Shown in pieces: positions 19,837 through 30,663 of a stretch of DNA of 64,000 bases. How positions within the stretch are numbered: the stretch's first letter is position 1; the number at the start of each line of letters is the position of its first letter. The translations under genes and the position numbers were made by a program. Below the pieces are notes generated by a model. It was not told where the DNA came from. It searched no databases and saw nothing but the letters and a program-made list of their open reading frames with translations. Source of the DNA: an uncultured Clostridia bacterium (GTDB taxonomy: Bacteria; Bacillota; Clostridia; TANB77; CAG-508); NCBI GenBank assembly GCA_944390345.1, contig CALXPP010000006.1:3353-67352 (forward strand), written 5' to 3'.

Positions 19837-20838
19837 TTATTTTTCATTTATGCTATTTTCTTCGTAAGTTACTTGTTCTGTATTTGTTAATCTTATATTG
19901 TTTTTAGGTGTATATACCTTTACATAATACGGTTTTATATGTTTTAATACATCTTTTATAAAAATAATATTTCCATCTACATCTTGTAGTTTTAAATTTG
20001 GATATGTTCTTAGCATTTTTTCATCAGAAAAGTGTTTATCTGTGAACTCTTTTAAACTATCATTTTCTAAAATTTCTTCATAAGTTTTTGCATAAATTTC
20101 GGCATTTGGTATATTCAAATTATAATTATACACTAATCTTGAATAAAAAATATTTATAGCAAATGCAGATACTATACAATCTATTACCAAAAAAGCTGTA
20201 GCCAAATCAAATACTACTGGTAAAAGGTATTTTGGTAATTTTTCTTTTATTTTATCTATAATTTTATCTACAAAAGGATTTATGTGAGTTATTAAATATA
20301 TTGCTAAAAGTCCCCAAGCGATAGAATAAAATAAGCAAACTCTTCCACCTATATTGAATGGTTCTGAAGAATAGTCCCACCATTTAACATGTAATAGCTT
20401 TTCACCTATTAGGCTTACAAAATACTCAATTCCAGAACCTATTAAATAGCCACCTAAAAAAATTGTATAATTATTTCTCTTAAAATATTGAAGCAACAAA
20501 ATCATAATAACAGCTCCAAAACCATATATAGCACAAAAAGGTCCATATAGAAAGCTTTGTCTACTTTCTATTACACCTTTTGTTAAAAGTCCATAAAGTG
20601 TTTCTAAACAAAAGCCTAAAAAGCTATATATTACAAAATAAGCAAGTATTCTCCAAATTCTATACCCCAATATTGTAAATTCTTTTTGTTTATCTGCTTC
20701 TTCTTCCAATTTTACTTTAATTTTTTCTGTTTTTTCTTTAGCAATTTCTTTTATTTCTTCTACTTGTTTTTCGTCTATAACTTTTTTAGATACTTTTGAT
20801 TTTTCTGCTTCTAGCTTTTTCTCATTTTTTGTTTTCAT
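19837..20838 (-). CDS. polytopic membrane protein, CmpB/putative ABC-transporter type IV family (PF06541-like)
   Basis: The core is FLGFCLETLYGLLTKGVIESRQSFLYGPFCAIYG. It is a paralog of 47250-48026 and carries an extra K/E-rich ~60 aa N-terminus. Confidence 0.6.
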   Translation of the reverse strand: MKTKNEKKLEAEKSKVSKKVIDEKQVEEIKEIAKEKTEKIKVKLEEEADKQKEFTILGYRIWRILAYFVIYSFLGFCLETLYGLLTKGVIESRQSFLYGPFCAIYGFGAVIMILLLQYFKRNNYTIFLGGYLIGSGIEYFVSLIGEKLLHVKWWDYSSEPFNIGGRVCLFYSIAWGLLAIYLITHINPFVDKIIDKIKEKLPKYLLPVVFDLATAFLVIDCIVSAFAINIFYSRLVYNYNLNIPNAEIYAKTYEEILENDSLKEFTDKHFSDEKMLRTYPNLKLQDVDGNIIFIKDVLKHIKPYYVKVYTPKNNIRLTNTEQVTYEENSINEK

Positions 20839-20887
20839 AAGTATTCCTTTCGTTTTTACATTAAAACTATTTATTCTATTAAAACTA

Positions 20888-20917
20888 AAAAATCCTGATA
20901 ATAATATCAGGATTTTT
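20888..20917 (-). terminator. argS terminator
   Basis: aaaaatcctgata-ataa-tatcaggattttt is a perfect 13-bp stem with A/T runs on both sides. Confidence 0.7.
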
Positions 20918-20922
20918 ATATT

Positions 20923-22632
20923 TTACATCTTATTTGGCATTTCCATACCAAGTAGAGCAGCTCCTATTCTCAATACATCTCCTACACACTTAGTTAGATA
21001 TACTCTTGCTTTTTGTAAATCAATATTTTCTCCATCTATTATTTTATTTTCATTATAAAAATTGCTATAACTTTGTCCTAATGTTATTAAATATCTTGCT
21101 AAAATTGATGGTTCATTTTTTTCTACACATTGCATTAAAGTATCTTCAAATTGATACAAATTTTGTACTATTTTTAAACTTTCTTTATCTTTTAATAATT
21201 CTATGTTTACTTCACTTAAAGGAGGAATCTCTTTAGCTTTTTCAAGTACACTCTTTGTTCTTACATACACATATTGAATGTATGGTCCTGTTTCTCCATT
21301 AAAATTTAATACTGTATTCCAGTCAAATATTTGATCTTTAATAATTGTTGTACATAAATTATTAAAAATTACTGCACCTATTCCTATTTTCTTTGCTTCA
21401 AGTTCCTTGTTTTCCATATTTGGATTTTTTTCTTCTATAATTTTATTAACTCTTGAAATAGCTTCTTTTAATAATTCTTCTACCTTAATTACATTTCCTT
21501 CTCTAGTAGACATTCTTCCAGTAGTTAATCTTGTCATTCCATACTGTACATGCTCTAAACCTTTTTGGCATTTTTCTGGTATATCTAAGTATTTTGCAAC
21601 TTCAAATACTTGTTTAAAATGTAAAGCTTGCTCATAAGCTACTACATATAAGCATTTATCAAAATCATAGGTTTTGGCTCTATATCTAATAGCAGCTAAA
21701 TCTCTAGTTGCATATATTGTAGATCCATTTGACTTACGAATAATACAAACTCCTAATCCTTTATCCTCTAAATCTACAATTTTTGCACCTTGTGATTCTG
21801 TAATTACTCCTGCTTTGTTTAATATATCTTCTACTTCATCCATTTTATCTGTGTAAAAAGATTCACCTTTTAAAGAATCGAATTTTACACCTAACAAATC
21901 ATATATTCTTTGAAATTCTTTTAAGCTAACAGCTCTAAATTTTTCCCATAGTTCTGTGCAATATTTATCACCTTCTTCTAGGAGCTTGAAATTTTCTCTA
22001 CAAGCTTCTAATACACTTTCATCTTCTTTACATAAATCGTTTATTCTTACATATATCTTCATTAACTCTTCAATTGGATTTTCATCTATATTGTACTCGT
22101 TTCCCCACCTTTTATAGCCTTCGATTAATTTTCCGAATTGAGTACCATAATCTCCTAAATGATTAATTCCAATAGTATTATAACCTAAATATTTATATAT
22201 ATTGTAAAGGGCAGCTCCAATAATTGTATTTCTTAAGTGACCTATATGAAAAGGCTTTGCTATATTTGGAGAAGAATATTCCACGATAATATTTTTTCCA
22301 TTTCCAGAATTATTGGCACCAAAATTATCTTGCTTTTCTTCCAATTCTTTTAATACTGTTTGTATTAGAGAAGTTTTGTTTATAAAGAAATTTAAATATC
22401 CACTAACAATTTCTATCTTCTCTATGTTTTCACCTATATTTATTTTTTCTTTTAACTCTTCTGCAATAAGCATAGGTGATTTTTTTAAAATTTTGGCTAA
22501 TCTAAAGCAAGGGAATGCATAATCTCCCATATCTGAAGAAGGTGGTACTTCAATATATCCTTCTATCTCACTTATATCTAATTCAGTTGCTTCTGCTATT
22601 TTCTTTGCTATTTCCTTTTTAAATTGAATCAT
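20923..22632 (-). CDS. argS: arginine--tRNA ligase
   Basis: 569 aa. Contains SSPNIAKPFHIGHLRN (the HIGH region), a class I catalytic core and a DALR-type C-terminus. Confidence 0.95.
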   Translation of the reverse strand: MIQFKKEIAKKIAEATELDISEIEGYIEVPPSSDMGDYAFPCFRLAKILKKSPMLIAEELKEKINIGENIEKIEIVSGYLNFFINKTSLIQTVLKELEEKQDNFGANNSGNGKNIIVEYSSPNIAKPFHIGHLRNTIIGAALYNIYKYLGYNTIGINHLGDYGTQFGKLIEGYKRWGNEYNIDENPIEELMKIYVRINDLCKEDESVLEACRENFKLLEEGDKYCTELWEKFRAVSLKEFQRIYDLLGVKFDSLKGESFYTDKMDEVEDILNKAGVITESQGAKIVDLEDKGLGVCIIRKSNGSTIYATRDLAAIRYRAKTYDFDKCLYVVAYEQALHFKQVFEVAKYLDIPEKCQKGLEHVQYGMTRLTTGRMSTREGNVIKVEELLKEAISRVNKIIEEKNPNMENKELEAKKIGIGAVIFNNLCTTIIKDQIFDWNTVLNFNGETGPYIQYVYVRTKSVLEKAKEIPPLSEVNIELLKDKESLKIVQNLYQFEDTLMQCVEKNEPSILARYLITLGQSYSNFYNENKIIDGENIDLQKARVYLTKCVGDVLRIGAALLGMEMPNKM

Positions 22633-22662
22633 TTTCTAATTCCTTTCTTGCCTTAAAATAAA

Positions 22663-23146
22663 TTATTTTCCTCTTTCTACCTCTTCTTTTGCCTTATATT
22701 CTAGACCTATAATAATTCTGCTTGCAAGCCAAAGTATTCCTATTCCAAGCATTCCACCGAGCAGCATCTATTAAAATATCTATAATACTTCCATTTCTTC
22801 CAGGAATAAATAACTGATGTAATTCGTCTGTTATTGCATATAGTACTATACACATTTCTGCAAAGATTATTCTCTTCTTAGCAGGCATCTTAGGATATGT
22901 TAAACAATAGCTATAAAAAAGTATTGCTCCTACTGCATACTCTGTCATATGAGCACCTTTTCTTATAAAAGCTTCCATTTTCTCTGCTAATTGCTCATTT
23001 TTAAACAGAAATTCAGCTATCTTCGAACTTAAACCAGAAGAACCCTCTCCTGTTTGATGTGAAAATATAAATACTACAATCATCCAAATAACAATTAAAA
23101 CTACACAAATTTTTCTTAGGTTTTCTAATACTTTTTTATTTTCCAT
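22663..23146 (-). pseudogene. VanZ-family membrane protein with a C-terminal frameshift
   Basis: RKGAHMTEYAV..TDELHQLFIPGR..DILID is VanZ-like. After ..DAA the listed frame gives non-membrane junk, whereas the +1 frame reads GGMLGIGILWLASRIIIGL..* and ends at 22663. The span is 484 nt, which is not a multiple of 3. Confidence 0.6.
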
Positions 23147-23172
23147 TTTTCTAATTCCTTTGTTTTTTATTT

Positions 23173-23484
23173 TTAATAATCGTGCTTAGTACTAAGCTTT
23201 ATTATTAAATCCATATTATCATCTTCTGCTGCCTTATTTTTCCTAACTGCTCCACATTTTTTACATTTAAAAATTACTACATAGCCTTTTTTACTATCTA
23301 TTTCTAAACCTACAGGCTCAAGGTCTCCTTTACAGGTCTCTTTCCTATCTCCAGGCTTTATATCTATATGTTTTGAATGTAAGCAATATGGGCAATGATT
23401 TCTACAAGAATATCCTAATTTTGAAACATATTTTCCACAATGCTCACAAATAAAATCTTCATCAATTACTGTAAAATTTGCCAT
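23173..23484 (-). CDS. RNHCP domain protein
   Basis: Contains the literal CRNHCPYCLHSKH motif plus additional CxxC pairs. Confidence 0.8.
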   Translation of the reverse strand: MANFTVIDEDFICEHCGKYVSKLGYSCRNHCPYCLHSKHIDIKPGDRKETCKGDLEPVGLEIDSKKGYVVIFKCKKCGAVRKNKAAEDDNMDLIIKLSTKHDY

Positions 23485-23495
23485 TTTTCTTCCTC

Positions 23496-25139
23496 TTATA
23501 CATCATAAATACTTCCGCCTATGAATTCTCTTAAAAGAGAATTATTTGGTATCCAATCTGGCTCTACTGTATCAAAGTATTGTAGCATAGAAATTAGTCT
23601 TCTAGCCTCACTATACTCTGGATTATCATTAGTTATCTCTTCTAATAGCGGTAAAGCATATTTTTTTAATGCTGATAGTTCATATACAATAGAAGAATTG
23701 AACATACAATCGGCCTCTTCTTGAAATGGAAATATATATTTTTGCTCTCCTCTGTTAACTGATTTCCACATTTTTAAAGTATGTAAAGCAGAATAACCTC
23801 TAAAATTGTAATCTCGTACCATTCTACGAATTAGTCTAGTATCTGTAGTAGAAATTCTATTGTAATAATCAATATTTAAAACTGTTAAATCACTAATGTA
23901 GATTTTAAATTTATTTTCTTTTGGTATTAAACTAGTTAGTTTATCATTTAAACAGTGTATTCCTTCTATTATAAGTATTTCATCTTTTTCTAGCCTCATC
24001 TTATTGCCTAAATATTTTTTACTACCTACAATAAAATCAAAAGTAGGAAGATCTACTTCTTTTCCATTTAATAAATCCACTAGTTGCTTGTTAAATAGCT
24101 CTGTATCTATTGCTTCAATACATTCAAAATCATAGTTTCCTTCACTATCCTTTGGATTATTTTCTCTTTCTACAAAGTAATTATCTGTTGAAAGTGTTAC
24201 TGGTTTTATACCTTGTACTCTAAGAGCCATTCCCAATTTATTTGCAAAAGTAGTTTTTCCTGAAGAAGAAGGTCCAGCTATTAAAACCATTCTAACATTT
24301 TGCCTATCTCTAATTTTTTGTGCTATTTCTGCAATTTTCTTTTCATGTATAGCTTCTGAAATTAATATAAGCTCTTTTACTTTTCCTTCTCTTAATTTTT
24401 TATTTAATTTATATACAGTATTCATTTTCATTAATGAATAAATTTCTTCATATTCATCCATTGCAGAAATTTGTTTTAGAGATTTTTGTCCTTCTTTTTG
24501 AAGCTCTTTTGGATTTTCTGAACTTGGATATTTTACTAGATAACCATTTCTAAATTTTTCTATATCTAATAATTTTATTGCTCCAGTAGAAACAGGCATA
24601 ATTCCATAGAAATAATTATAGTAATCCTCGCAATAGTATAAACTAATTTTCTCTTTATTTACATCTGTCTGTAATCTGCCCTTTAAAGATTCTTCTCTTT
24701 TATAAAACTCTTCTGCTTCTTCTTTAGACATTACTACTTTTCTAATTGGTATATCTTTTTCTATAATTTCCTTCATTCTTGCTCTAATTTTTACAATCAT
24801 ATCTTCTGTAATACTCATATTATCAATTTGACAATACATTGCATTTGATAATTGATAATTTACTGTAAGTAGTGCTCTTGGATATAGCTCTGATATTGCT
24901 TTACTTGTAATATATAAAGCACCTCTTATGTATATATATCTACCATCTTTATTTTCTATATTTATAAATTCAATTTTACCATCTTTATCTATTTTATGAT
25001 CTAAAGAAACAACTTCATTGTTAAATCTTGCTGCAATAATTTCTTTTACATTACTTTTCTCCATTTGAGTTTTCAAAGCTTCTCTAATTGGCTTTGGTTC
25101 TTCTATTTCTATTAATTCATTCTCACACTTTATTATCAT
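23496..25139 (-). CDS. uridine kinase-family nucleoside kinase with an N-terminal TGS/ThrRS-like extension
   Basis: P-loop LIAGPSSSGKTTFANKL with PRK/uridine-kinase-like downstream blocks (IIEGIH, RR.VRD). Confidence 0.7.
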   Translation of the reverse strand: MIIKCENELIEIEEPKPIREALKTQMEKSNVKEIIAARFNNEVVSLDHKIDKDGKIEFINIENKDGRYIYIRGALYITSKAISELYPRALLTVNYQLSNAMYCQIDNMSITEDMIVKIRARMKEIIEKDIPIRKVVMSKEEAEEFYKREESLKGRLQTDVNKEKISLYYCEDYYNYFYGIMPVSTGAIKLLDIEKFRNGYLVKYPSSENPKELQKEGQKSLKQISAMDEYEEIYSLMKMNTVYKLNKKLREGKVKELILISEAIHEKKIAEIAQKIRDRQNVRMVLIAGPSSSGKTTFANKLGMALRVQGIKPVTLSTDNYFVERENNPKDSEGNYDFECIEAIDTELFNKQLVDLLNGKEVDLPTFDFIVGSKKYLGNKMRLEKDEILIIEGIHCLNDKLTSLIPKENKFKIYISDLTVLNIDYYNRISTTDTRLIRRMVRDYNFRGYSALHTLKMWKSVNRGEQKYIFPFQEEADCMFNSSIVYELSALKKYALPLLEEITNDNPEYSEARRLISMLQYFDTVEPDWIPNNSLLREFIGGSIYDV

Positions 25140-25199
25140 ATTCTTTTTGTATAATATTTTTTAAAAAATTATACTTTCCTCCTTTCCTTAGTATATATC

Positions 25200-25388
25200 T
25201 TAAAAATTAAAGTATAATAAAATTCCTCCAATAATCACTAATAAAAATCCAAATAGTTTTAAACCTAAAGTAGCATCATTTTTATCTCCAAAACTGAAAA
25301 AATCTTTTACAATTGGTCTTGCATCATATATAAATTTTATTCCTATCATTGCAGATACTATTCCTATAAATAATAAAAATATTCTCAT
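25200..25388 (-). CDS. small 2-TM membrane protein
   Basis: 62 aa with two hydrophobic helices. No family recognised. Confidence 0.4.
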   Translation of the reverse strand: MRIFLLFIGIVSAMIGIKFIYDARPIVKDFFSFGDKNDATLGLKLFGFLLVIIGGILLYFNF

Positions 25389-25475
25389 TTCAACATCCTC
25401 AATTTTATTTTAAATTAGTATTTATATTTTATTCTCTTTTGCTCTATTTGTCAATGAATTTAGCTAGTGTTTTAT

Positions 25476-27526
25476 CTATATTTCTATTCTATCTTTAAAT
25501 TTTTCTTTTATCATTTTTTGCAAAATTTTATTTTCTTCTTTTTCTAATAATGGATCCTTATTTATAATTTCCATAGCAATAGCTTGTACCATTTTTAAAA
25601 TATTCATATCTTCAAATAAATTTGCAATTTTAAATTCTGGTATTCCATGTTGCCTTGTTCCAAAAAACTCTCCAGAGCCTCTTAGCTCCAAGTCTTTTTC
25701 TGATATTACAAAACCATCATTAGTACTAGAAATAACCTTCATTCTTTCTTGAATAATTTTTGAATTTCCTTCATATTTTAATACACAATAAGATTGATAT
25801 TCTCCTCTTCCAACTCTACCTCTCAATTGGTGAAGTTGCGCCAATCCAAATCTCTCAGCATTTTCTATTAGCATAATATTAGCATTTGGTACATTTACTC
25901 CAACTTCTATTACAGTAGTAGATATTAAAATATCAATATTTCCATTCTTAAATTCTTCCATTATACTATCTTTTTCTTTTGGACGCATTTTTCCGTGCAA
26001 ATATGTAACTCTAAAATTTGGAAAAACTTTAGTTTGATAATGCTCTACAAGTTCCATTACAGAAGCCGCATTTATTTCTTCGTTTTCTTCTACTAAAGGA
26101 CATACAATATAGCATTGTCTTCCTTCTTCTATATTTTTTGCTATAAAATTATTAACTCTAGCTTCCATACCTTTTTTTACTGCATAAGTTTCAATTTTCT
26201 TTCTATTTGGTGGAAGCTCATCTATTATCGATATGTCTAAGTCTCCATATAGAATTAAAGCCAAGGTTCTTGGAATTGGAGTAGCTGTCATAACAAGTAT
26301 ATCTGGATTTTCTCCCTTTTGTGCTATAATACTTCTTTGCCTTACGCCAAATCTATGTTGCTCATCAGTAACTACTAAACCTAAATTTTTAAATATAACA
26401 TTTTCCTCTAAAATTGCATGTGTTCCTATTAGTATATCAATTTCTCCTTCTGCCAGTCTTTTTAAAATATCTTCCTTTTTCTTTTTTGATATTCCACTTA
26501 CTAGTAACTCACATTTAATTCCTGTATCTTTTAAAATTTCATTAAAGCTTTCTAAATGCTGAGTTGCAAGTATTGCTGTTGGTGCCATAATAGTAGCTTG
26601 ATATCCAGATTTAACGGCTTTATAGCAACTTAGTAAAGCTACTACTGTTTTTCCTGAACCTACATCTCCTTGTAGTAATCTATTCATTGGCTTAGAGCTT
26701 TCCATATCTCTATCTATTTCTTCTAATACTCTAAGCTGAGCTTTTGTTAATTTAAAAGGTAAAGTGTCTATTATATCGGACATTTTAGCTTCTTTTAAGA
26801 AGGCTATTCCTGTTTTCTTTACCTCGTATCTATTTTTTAAACTTAAAAGAGCAAGTTGCATGGCAAGTAATTCTTCAAATACTAATCTATTTCTAGCTAG
26901 TTTAAATTTTTCAAAATTATCTGGAAAATGAATTTGCTTAATTGCTGTATTTATATCGTAAAAATGATATTTTTCTATTAAGTATTTTGGTAAAGTTTCT
27001 TCTAATTTTCCGAAGTACCTCTGTAAGTGCATTTTCGATTATTTTTCTTATAGTATTTTGAGAAAGATTATAAGTTAAAGGATATATTGGAATAATCTTT
27101 CCAGTATTTTTATTGCTATTTTCTGGTTCATATACGGGTGATTGCATCTCATATTTTCCAAAGCCTGCTTTTACTTTTCCGTAAAATTTATATCTCTCAT
27201 TTGGTTTAAATACATTTTTTAAGTAGCCTTGATTATACCAAACAATTTCACAACCACCACTTTCATCTCTTACATATAATTTACATAAGCTTAAATTTTT
27301 TCTAATTTTTATTTCATTCATTCGACCGAACAGGATAAGCTGAAATTAAAGCTTCTTCTCCATTTACTAGTTCTGTAATCTTCTTTATTTTTCCTCTATC
27401 TTCATATTCTCTTGGAAAATATGTAATTATATCTTCCAAAGTATAAATACCTAGTTTGTTTAAAAGCTTTACTCTATTTGGTCCTACACCTTTTACATAC
27501 TGAATTTCTTTTTTTAAATTTATCAA
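25476..27526 (-). pseudogene. recG: ATP-dependent DNA helicase RecG, interrupted by two frameshifts
   Basis: Three consecutive ORFs make up the gene: the HhH/wedge N-terminus (27314-27526), the OB/wedge region (26938-27321), and the helicase core (25476-27032) with GDVGSGKT, DEQHRFG, TATPIPRT and QLRGRVGRG. The junctions lie at about 27315-27322 and about 27020-27030. Confidence 0.85.
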
Positions 27527-27668
27527 TTTTTCTTTCTTCCTTATTAAAACTTTTATCGCAATTATTATATTATATTTTTTTAATATTTACAACGAAATTT
27601 AAGCTTATTTTCTCCTATTTTTGATACTTGTAATAAATCTTTTTAGTTTTCTTTGTTTAAATAAAAAT

Positions 27669-28250
27669 TTACTCATCTTCTAGATATTCTTCAGCTTTAT
27701 TTGTTTCGTCATATTCTATTTCTACCTCTTCTATCTTTTCTTCTGCTTTTTTCTCTTTTATTGGCTTTTTTATTTTTACACTTTCTATGTTTTCATTCTT
27801 TTTTTCTTCTTTATCCGCTTTTTTATCTTTCTTATTTCTATTTTCTAATGTTTTATTTGCAATTATATTTGCTTTTTCCATAAAATCTGGTACATAATCT
27901 AAAAGTTTATCTATTGTAGAAGCGTGTTCTACTGGCATTAATTTAATTGAATCACAAGTTATAACTACAAAAGCTACCGGCGTAATGCTTACTCCTGCTC
28001 CACTACCTCCTCCAAAAGGTAATCTATATTGTATTTCTTCTTCCTTTTCTTTTTTCCTATACTCATTTACAGTTTCTCCTCTAAACTCACTACCTCCGGC
28101 AGCAAAACCAAAACAAACTTTTGAAATAGGTATGATTACCATATTATTTGAAGTCTCTATAGGCTCTCCTATAATAGTATTTACATCCACCATATTTTGA
28201 ATACTATCCATAGCACTTTTCATTAGTCCTTCTATTGGATGATTTTCCAT
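27669..28250 (-). CDS. ytfJ: sporulation protein YtfJ (GerW family) with a K/E-rich tail
   Basis: Contains IGEPIET..IIPISKVCFGFAAGGSEF..PFGGGSGAGVSITPVAFVVI. Confidence 0.85.
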   Translation of the reverse strand: MENHPIEGLMKSAMDSIQNMVDVNTIIGEPIETSNNMVIIPISKVCFGFAAGGSEFRGETVNEYRKKEKEEEIQYRLPFGGGSGAGVSITPVAFVVITCDSIKLMPVEHASTIDKLLDYVPDFMEKANIIANKTLENRNKKDKKADKEEKKNENIESVKIKKPIKEKKAEEKIEEVEIEYDETNKAEEYLEDE

Positions 28251-28941
28251 TTTTCTTCACTCTCCCTTTTTTTAATAAACTAAACATATACATAATATGC
28301 ACAAGCTTCCATTCAATTATGCAAGAAAGTATCAAGTTTAAACTATTTTGAATAAAATTATTTTGCATTATTAGATATCTCCATTTTTTTATTTCTTCTA
28401 ATTTACTTTTTTTAGATGCTTCAGTTAGAAATATTGTTAACAAGGTATTTAAAATATAAACCAAAAAAGCACTTAATATTGGATTATCTGTTCCTAATTT
28501 CATATATAATTCAAAATTTTTTAAACTTGGTATTAGTCTTTTAGATAGTTTAATTTTATCTTTTAATGATATTTTTATTTCTTCTGCTTGAAGTTTTTTT
28601 ATTAACTTATCCTTGTTAATTTTTTTGCCATATATTTTTACACTTTTATTATTTGCATTTAAGCTAAAGATTTTTATAAATTTAAAAATATATAAACTAA
28701 TCACAAAATCATATTTTATATAAAAAAACTTTTCCTGTATTAGTTCCTTTACTTTATGAGTAGAAACCAGTTCTTCTTTTTCTAGCTCTTCCATAAGCTC
28801 TTGTACTAATCTTAAATTCCATTCTTCTTTATTTTTTATCTCCAAATTTTTTATTTCAACTCTTAGTTTACCTGTAATTATAGCTAAAAGAAATAAAAAT
28901 ATTAATATACCTATTGCTAAAAGCCATAAAAAAATAACCAT
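28204..28941 (-). CDS. DUF2953/YtfI-like membrane protein (tentative)
   Basis: N-terminal TM, size, and its position directly upstream of ytfJ. It overlaps ytfJ by 47 nt. Confidence 0.45.
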   Translation of the reverse strand: MVIFLWLLAIGILIFLFLLAIITGKLRVEIKNLEIKNKEEWNLRLVQELMEELEKEELVSTHKVKELIQEKFFYIKYDFVISLYIFKFIKIFSLNANNKSVKIYGKKINKDKLIKKLQAEEIKISLKDKIKLSKRLIPSLKNFELYMKLGTDNPILSAFLVYILNTLLTIFLTEASKKSKLEEIKKWRYLIMQNNFIQNSLNLILSCIIEWKLVHIMYMFSLLKKGRVKKNGKSSNRRTNEKCYG

Positions 28942-28989
28942 AAATTCTCCTTTATGGTTATTTTTTCCTTTTTTATATTATTTATGTAA

Positions 28990-29367
28990 TTATACTACAT
29001 CTTTTTTCCATAAACCATGTTTATTGCAGTATGCATATAGTATTGAACCTGGTATATATTTAAAACTTACTTTTGCATTCTCTCCAGGTTTTAAATATTT
29101 AGTACATTCTCTGTCCTCTGAAACCATAGCAATCCATTCAATATAGTGTTCTTCCTCCATAACATGATTACAAGTAACTATAATTTTGTCTCCTTCTATT
29201 TCATAGTTTGGAATATGTTTTTCAAAAGCTGCATCTACTGAATTTGGAGCTACTACTTTCATTGGTTCTTCACAGCAAACTATTCCACAACCTTCACAAT
29301 TGCAGTCTTCTACTACTTTAACCATAGCTCCACATTTTTCACATCTTTTTAAAACTAATTCTTTCAT
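28990..29367 (-). CDS. dfx: desulfoferrodoxin (superoxide reductase, class I)
   Basis: N-terminal CxxC..CC desulforedoxin-like cluster (CEKCG.. CC), plus SOR ligand motifs EKHIP, HVMEEEHYIEW and CNKHGLW. Confidence 0.85.
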   Translation of the reverse strand: MKELVLKRCEKCGAMVKVVEDCNCEGCGIVCCEEPMKVVAPNSVDAAFEKHIPNYEIEGDKIIVTCNHVMEEEHYIEWIAMVSEDRECTKYLKPGENAKVSFKYIPGSILYAYCNKHGLWKKDVV

Positions 29368-29393
29368 AATTTTCCTCCTTTATATTTATAATT

Positions 29394-30164
29394 TTATTTA
29401 TCTATTGGTTTAGCCTTAGATATTACTATATCTCCAAAAAGTTTATTTTGCTCTGCTGTTATTTTGTTTCTTCTACTAAGCTCTAGTACACCAGAAAATG
29501 CTGTTACTACTTCTGCTTTTGGTTTCTCTCCTAATTTAAATAATTTACCAAATACAAACTTTGGTCTATTTACTAATTCTTTAAAGATTTCTCTTACCTT
29601 ATCTGCTACTGTATAAGTATCGTGTATTGCAATTTGTTCTATATTTTTTGCATTTTCGTTCTTCTTTTCTTCATTCTTTTTTACTAATGATTTATAAGAA
29701 GATACTATATCTTCTAAGCAATATTTCTTTTCTATTTTTTGCTTTGGTAATTCTATTTTATCTGGTAATTTATATAGTCTTTTTGAAAATTCATTTATAT
29801 TTTCTCTGAATTTTTTACTTATTTCTTTGTACTTTTTATATTCTATAATTCTTCTTAAAAGTTCTTCCTCTGTAAGCTCTGCTTCATCTTCAGTTTCCTT
29901 TGGAAGTAATCCTTTAGACTTAATTAGAATTAGAGTAGAAGCCATTACCAAAAATTCACTAGCTATATCTAAATTTAGTTTTTCCTGTTCTTGTAGATAA
30001 TAAATATATTGATCTGCTATATCACTAATTTTAACTTTATATATATCCATTTTATTTTTTTCTATTAGATAACACAATAAATCTAATGGACCTGCAAAAT
30101 TATCTAATTGCAACTCATATTTTTTTGTTTCTAAACTAAGTATATTATTGTTCATTATTCTCAT
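29394..30164 (-). CDS. scpA: segregation and condensation protein A
   Basis: The N-terminus LDNFAGPLDLLCYLIEKNKMDIYKVKISDIADQYIYYL is typical of ScpA. Confidence 0.85.
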   Translation of the reverse strand: MRIMNNNILSLETKKYELQLDNFAGPLDLLCYLIEKNKMDIYKVKISDIADQYIYYLQEQEKLNLDIASEFLVMASTLILIKSKGLLPKETEDEAELTEEELLRRIIEYKKYKEISKKFRENINEFSKRLYKLPDKIELPKQKIEKKYCLEDIVSSYKSLVKKNEEKKNENAKNIEQIAIHDTYTVADKVREIFKELVNRPKFVFGKLFKLGEKPKAEVVTAFSGVLELSRRNKITAEQNKLFGDIVISKAKPIDK

Positions 30165-30660
30165 TTCCTTCGTTTTCTAATTCGTCTATTGCAATACTTA
30201 TGCTTTCACTCATATATCCTTTTTTATAGAGAAAATTTTTTGCTTCTTCTAATTCAGTATTTTGCAATTTTTTTCTTAAAAGCTTTATTGCAGATTGTAT
30301 TTCATATTCTAACATTTTTTCTTTATTATTACAAATAAAATCATCTACTAAAGATTTTTTAATTCCTTTTTGTAATAACTTATATGAAACTTCTTTTATA
30401 GATAAACTTTTTAATGCAATAAATTCTTGTAAGCTTTTTTCCATATAAATATTGTCGTTTATATAATTTAATTCTTTTAAATTTTCTATAACATCTTCTA
30501 AAAGATTTTCATCTTCATCTGAAAATTTTTCTCTAATTTCATTTTCTGTTCTTTTTTTATATAGAGCATATTTAAGCACTTTAGTTTTTAAAGCATCTAT
30601 TTTCTTTAATTTATCAAAATCTACAAGTTTTTCTGAATCTTCTAATTTAAATTCTTTCAT
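30145..30660 (-). CDS. recX: RecX-like regulatory protein
   Basis: Lies downstream of recA. Shows three-helix repeat patterns (ALKYALYKKRTENEIREKF, LQKGIKKSLVDDF, LYKKGYMSESI). Confidence 0.65.
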   Translation of the reverse strand: MKEFKLEDSEKLVDFDKLKKIDALKTKVLKYALYKKRTENEIREKFSDEDENLLEDVIENLKELNYINDNIYMEKSLQEFIALKSLSIKEVSYKLLQKGIKKSLVDDFICNNKEKMLEYEIQSAIKLLRKKLQNTELEEAKNFLYKKGYMSESISIAIDELENEGNENNEQ

Positions 30661-30663
30661 TTT

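Noticed and set aside
22633-22693. T-box leader upstream of argS.
   Set aside because: The intergenic space is only ~60 nt (less after the VanZ frame correction), and no T-box core (AGGGUGGNACCGCG-like) is present.
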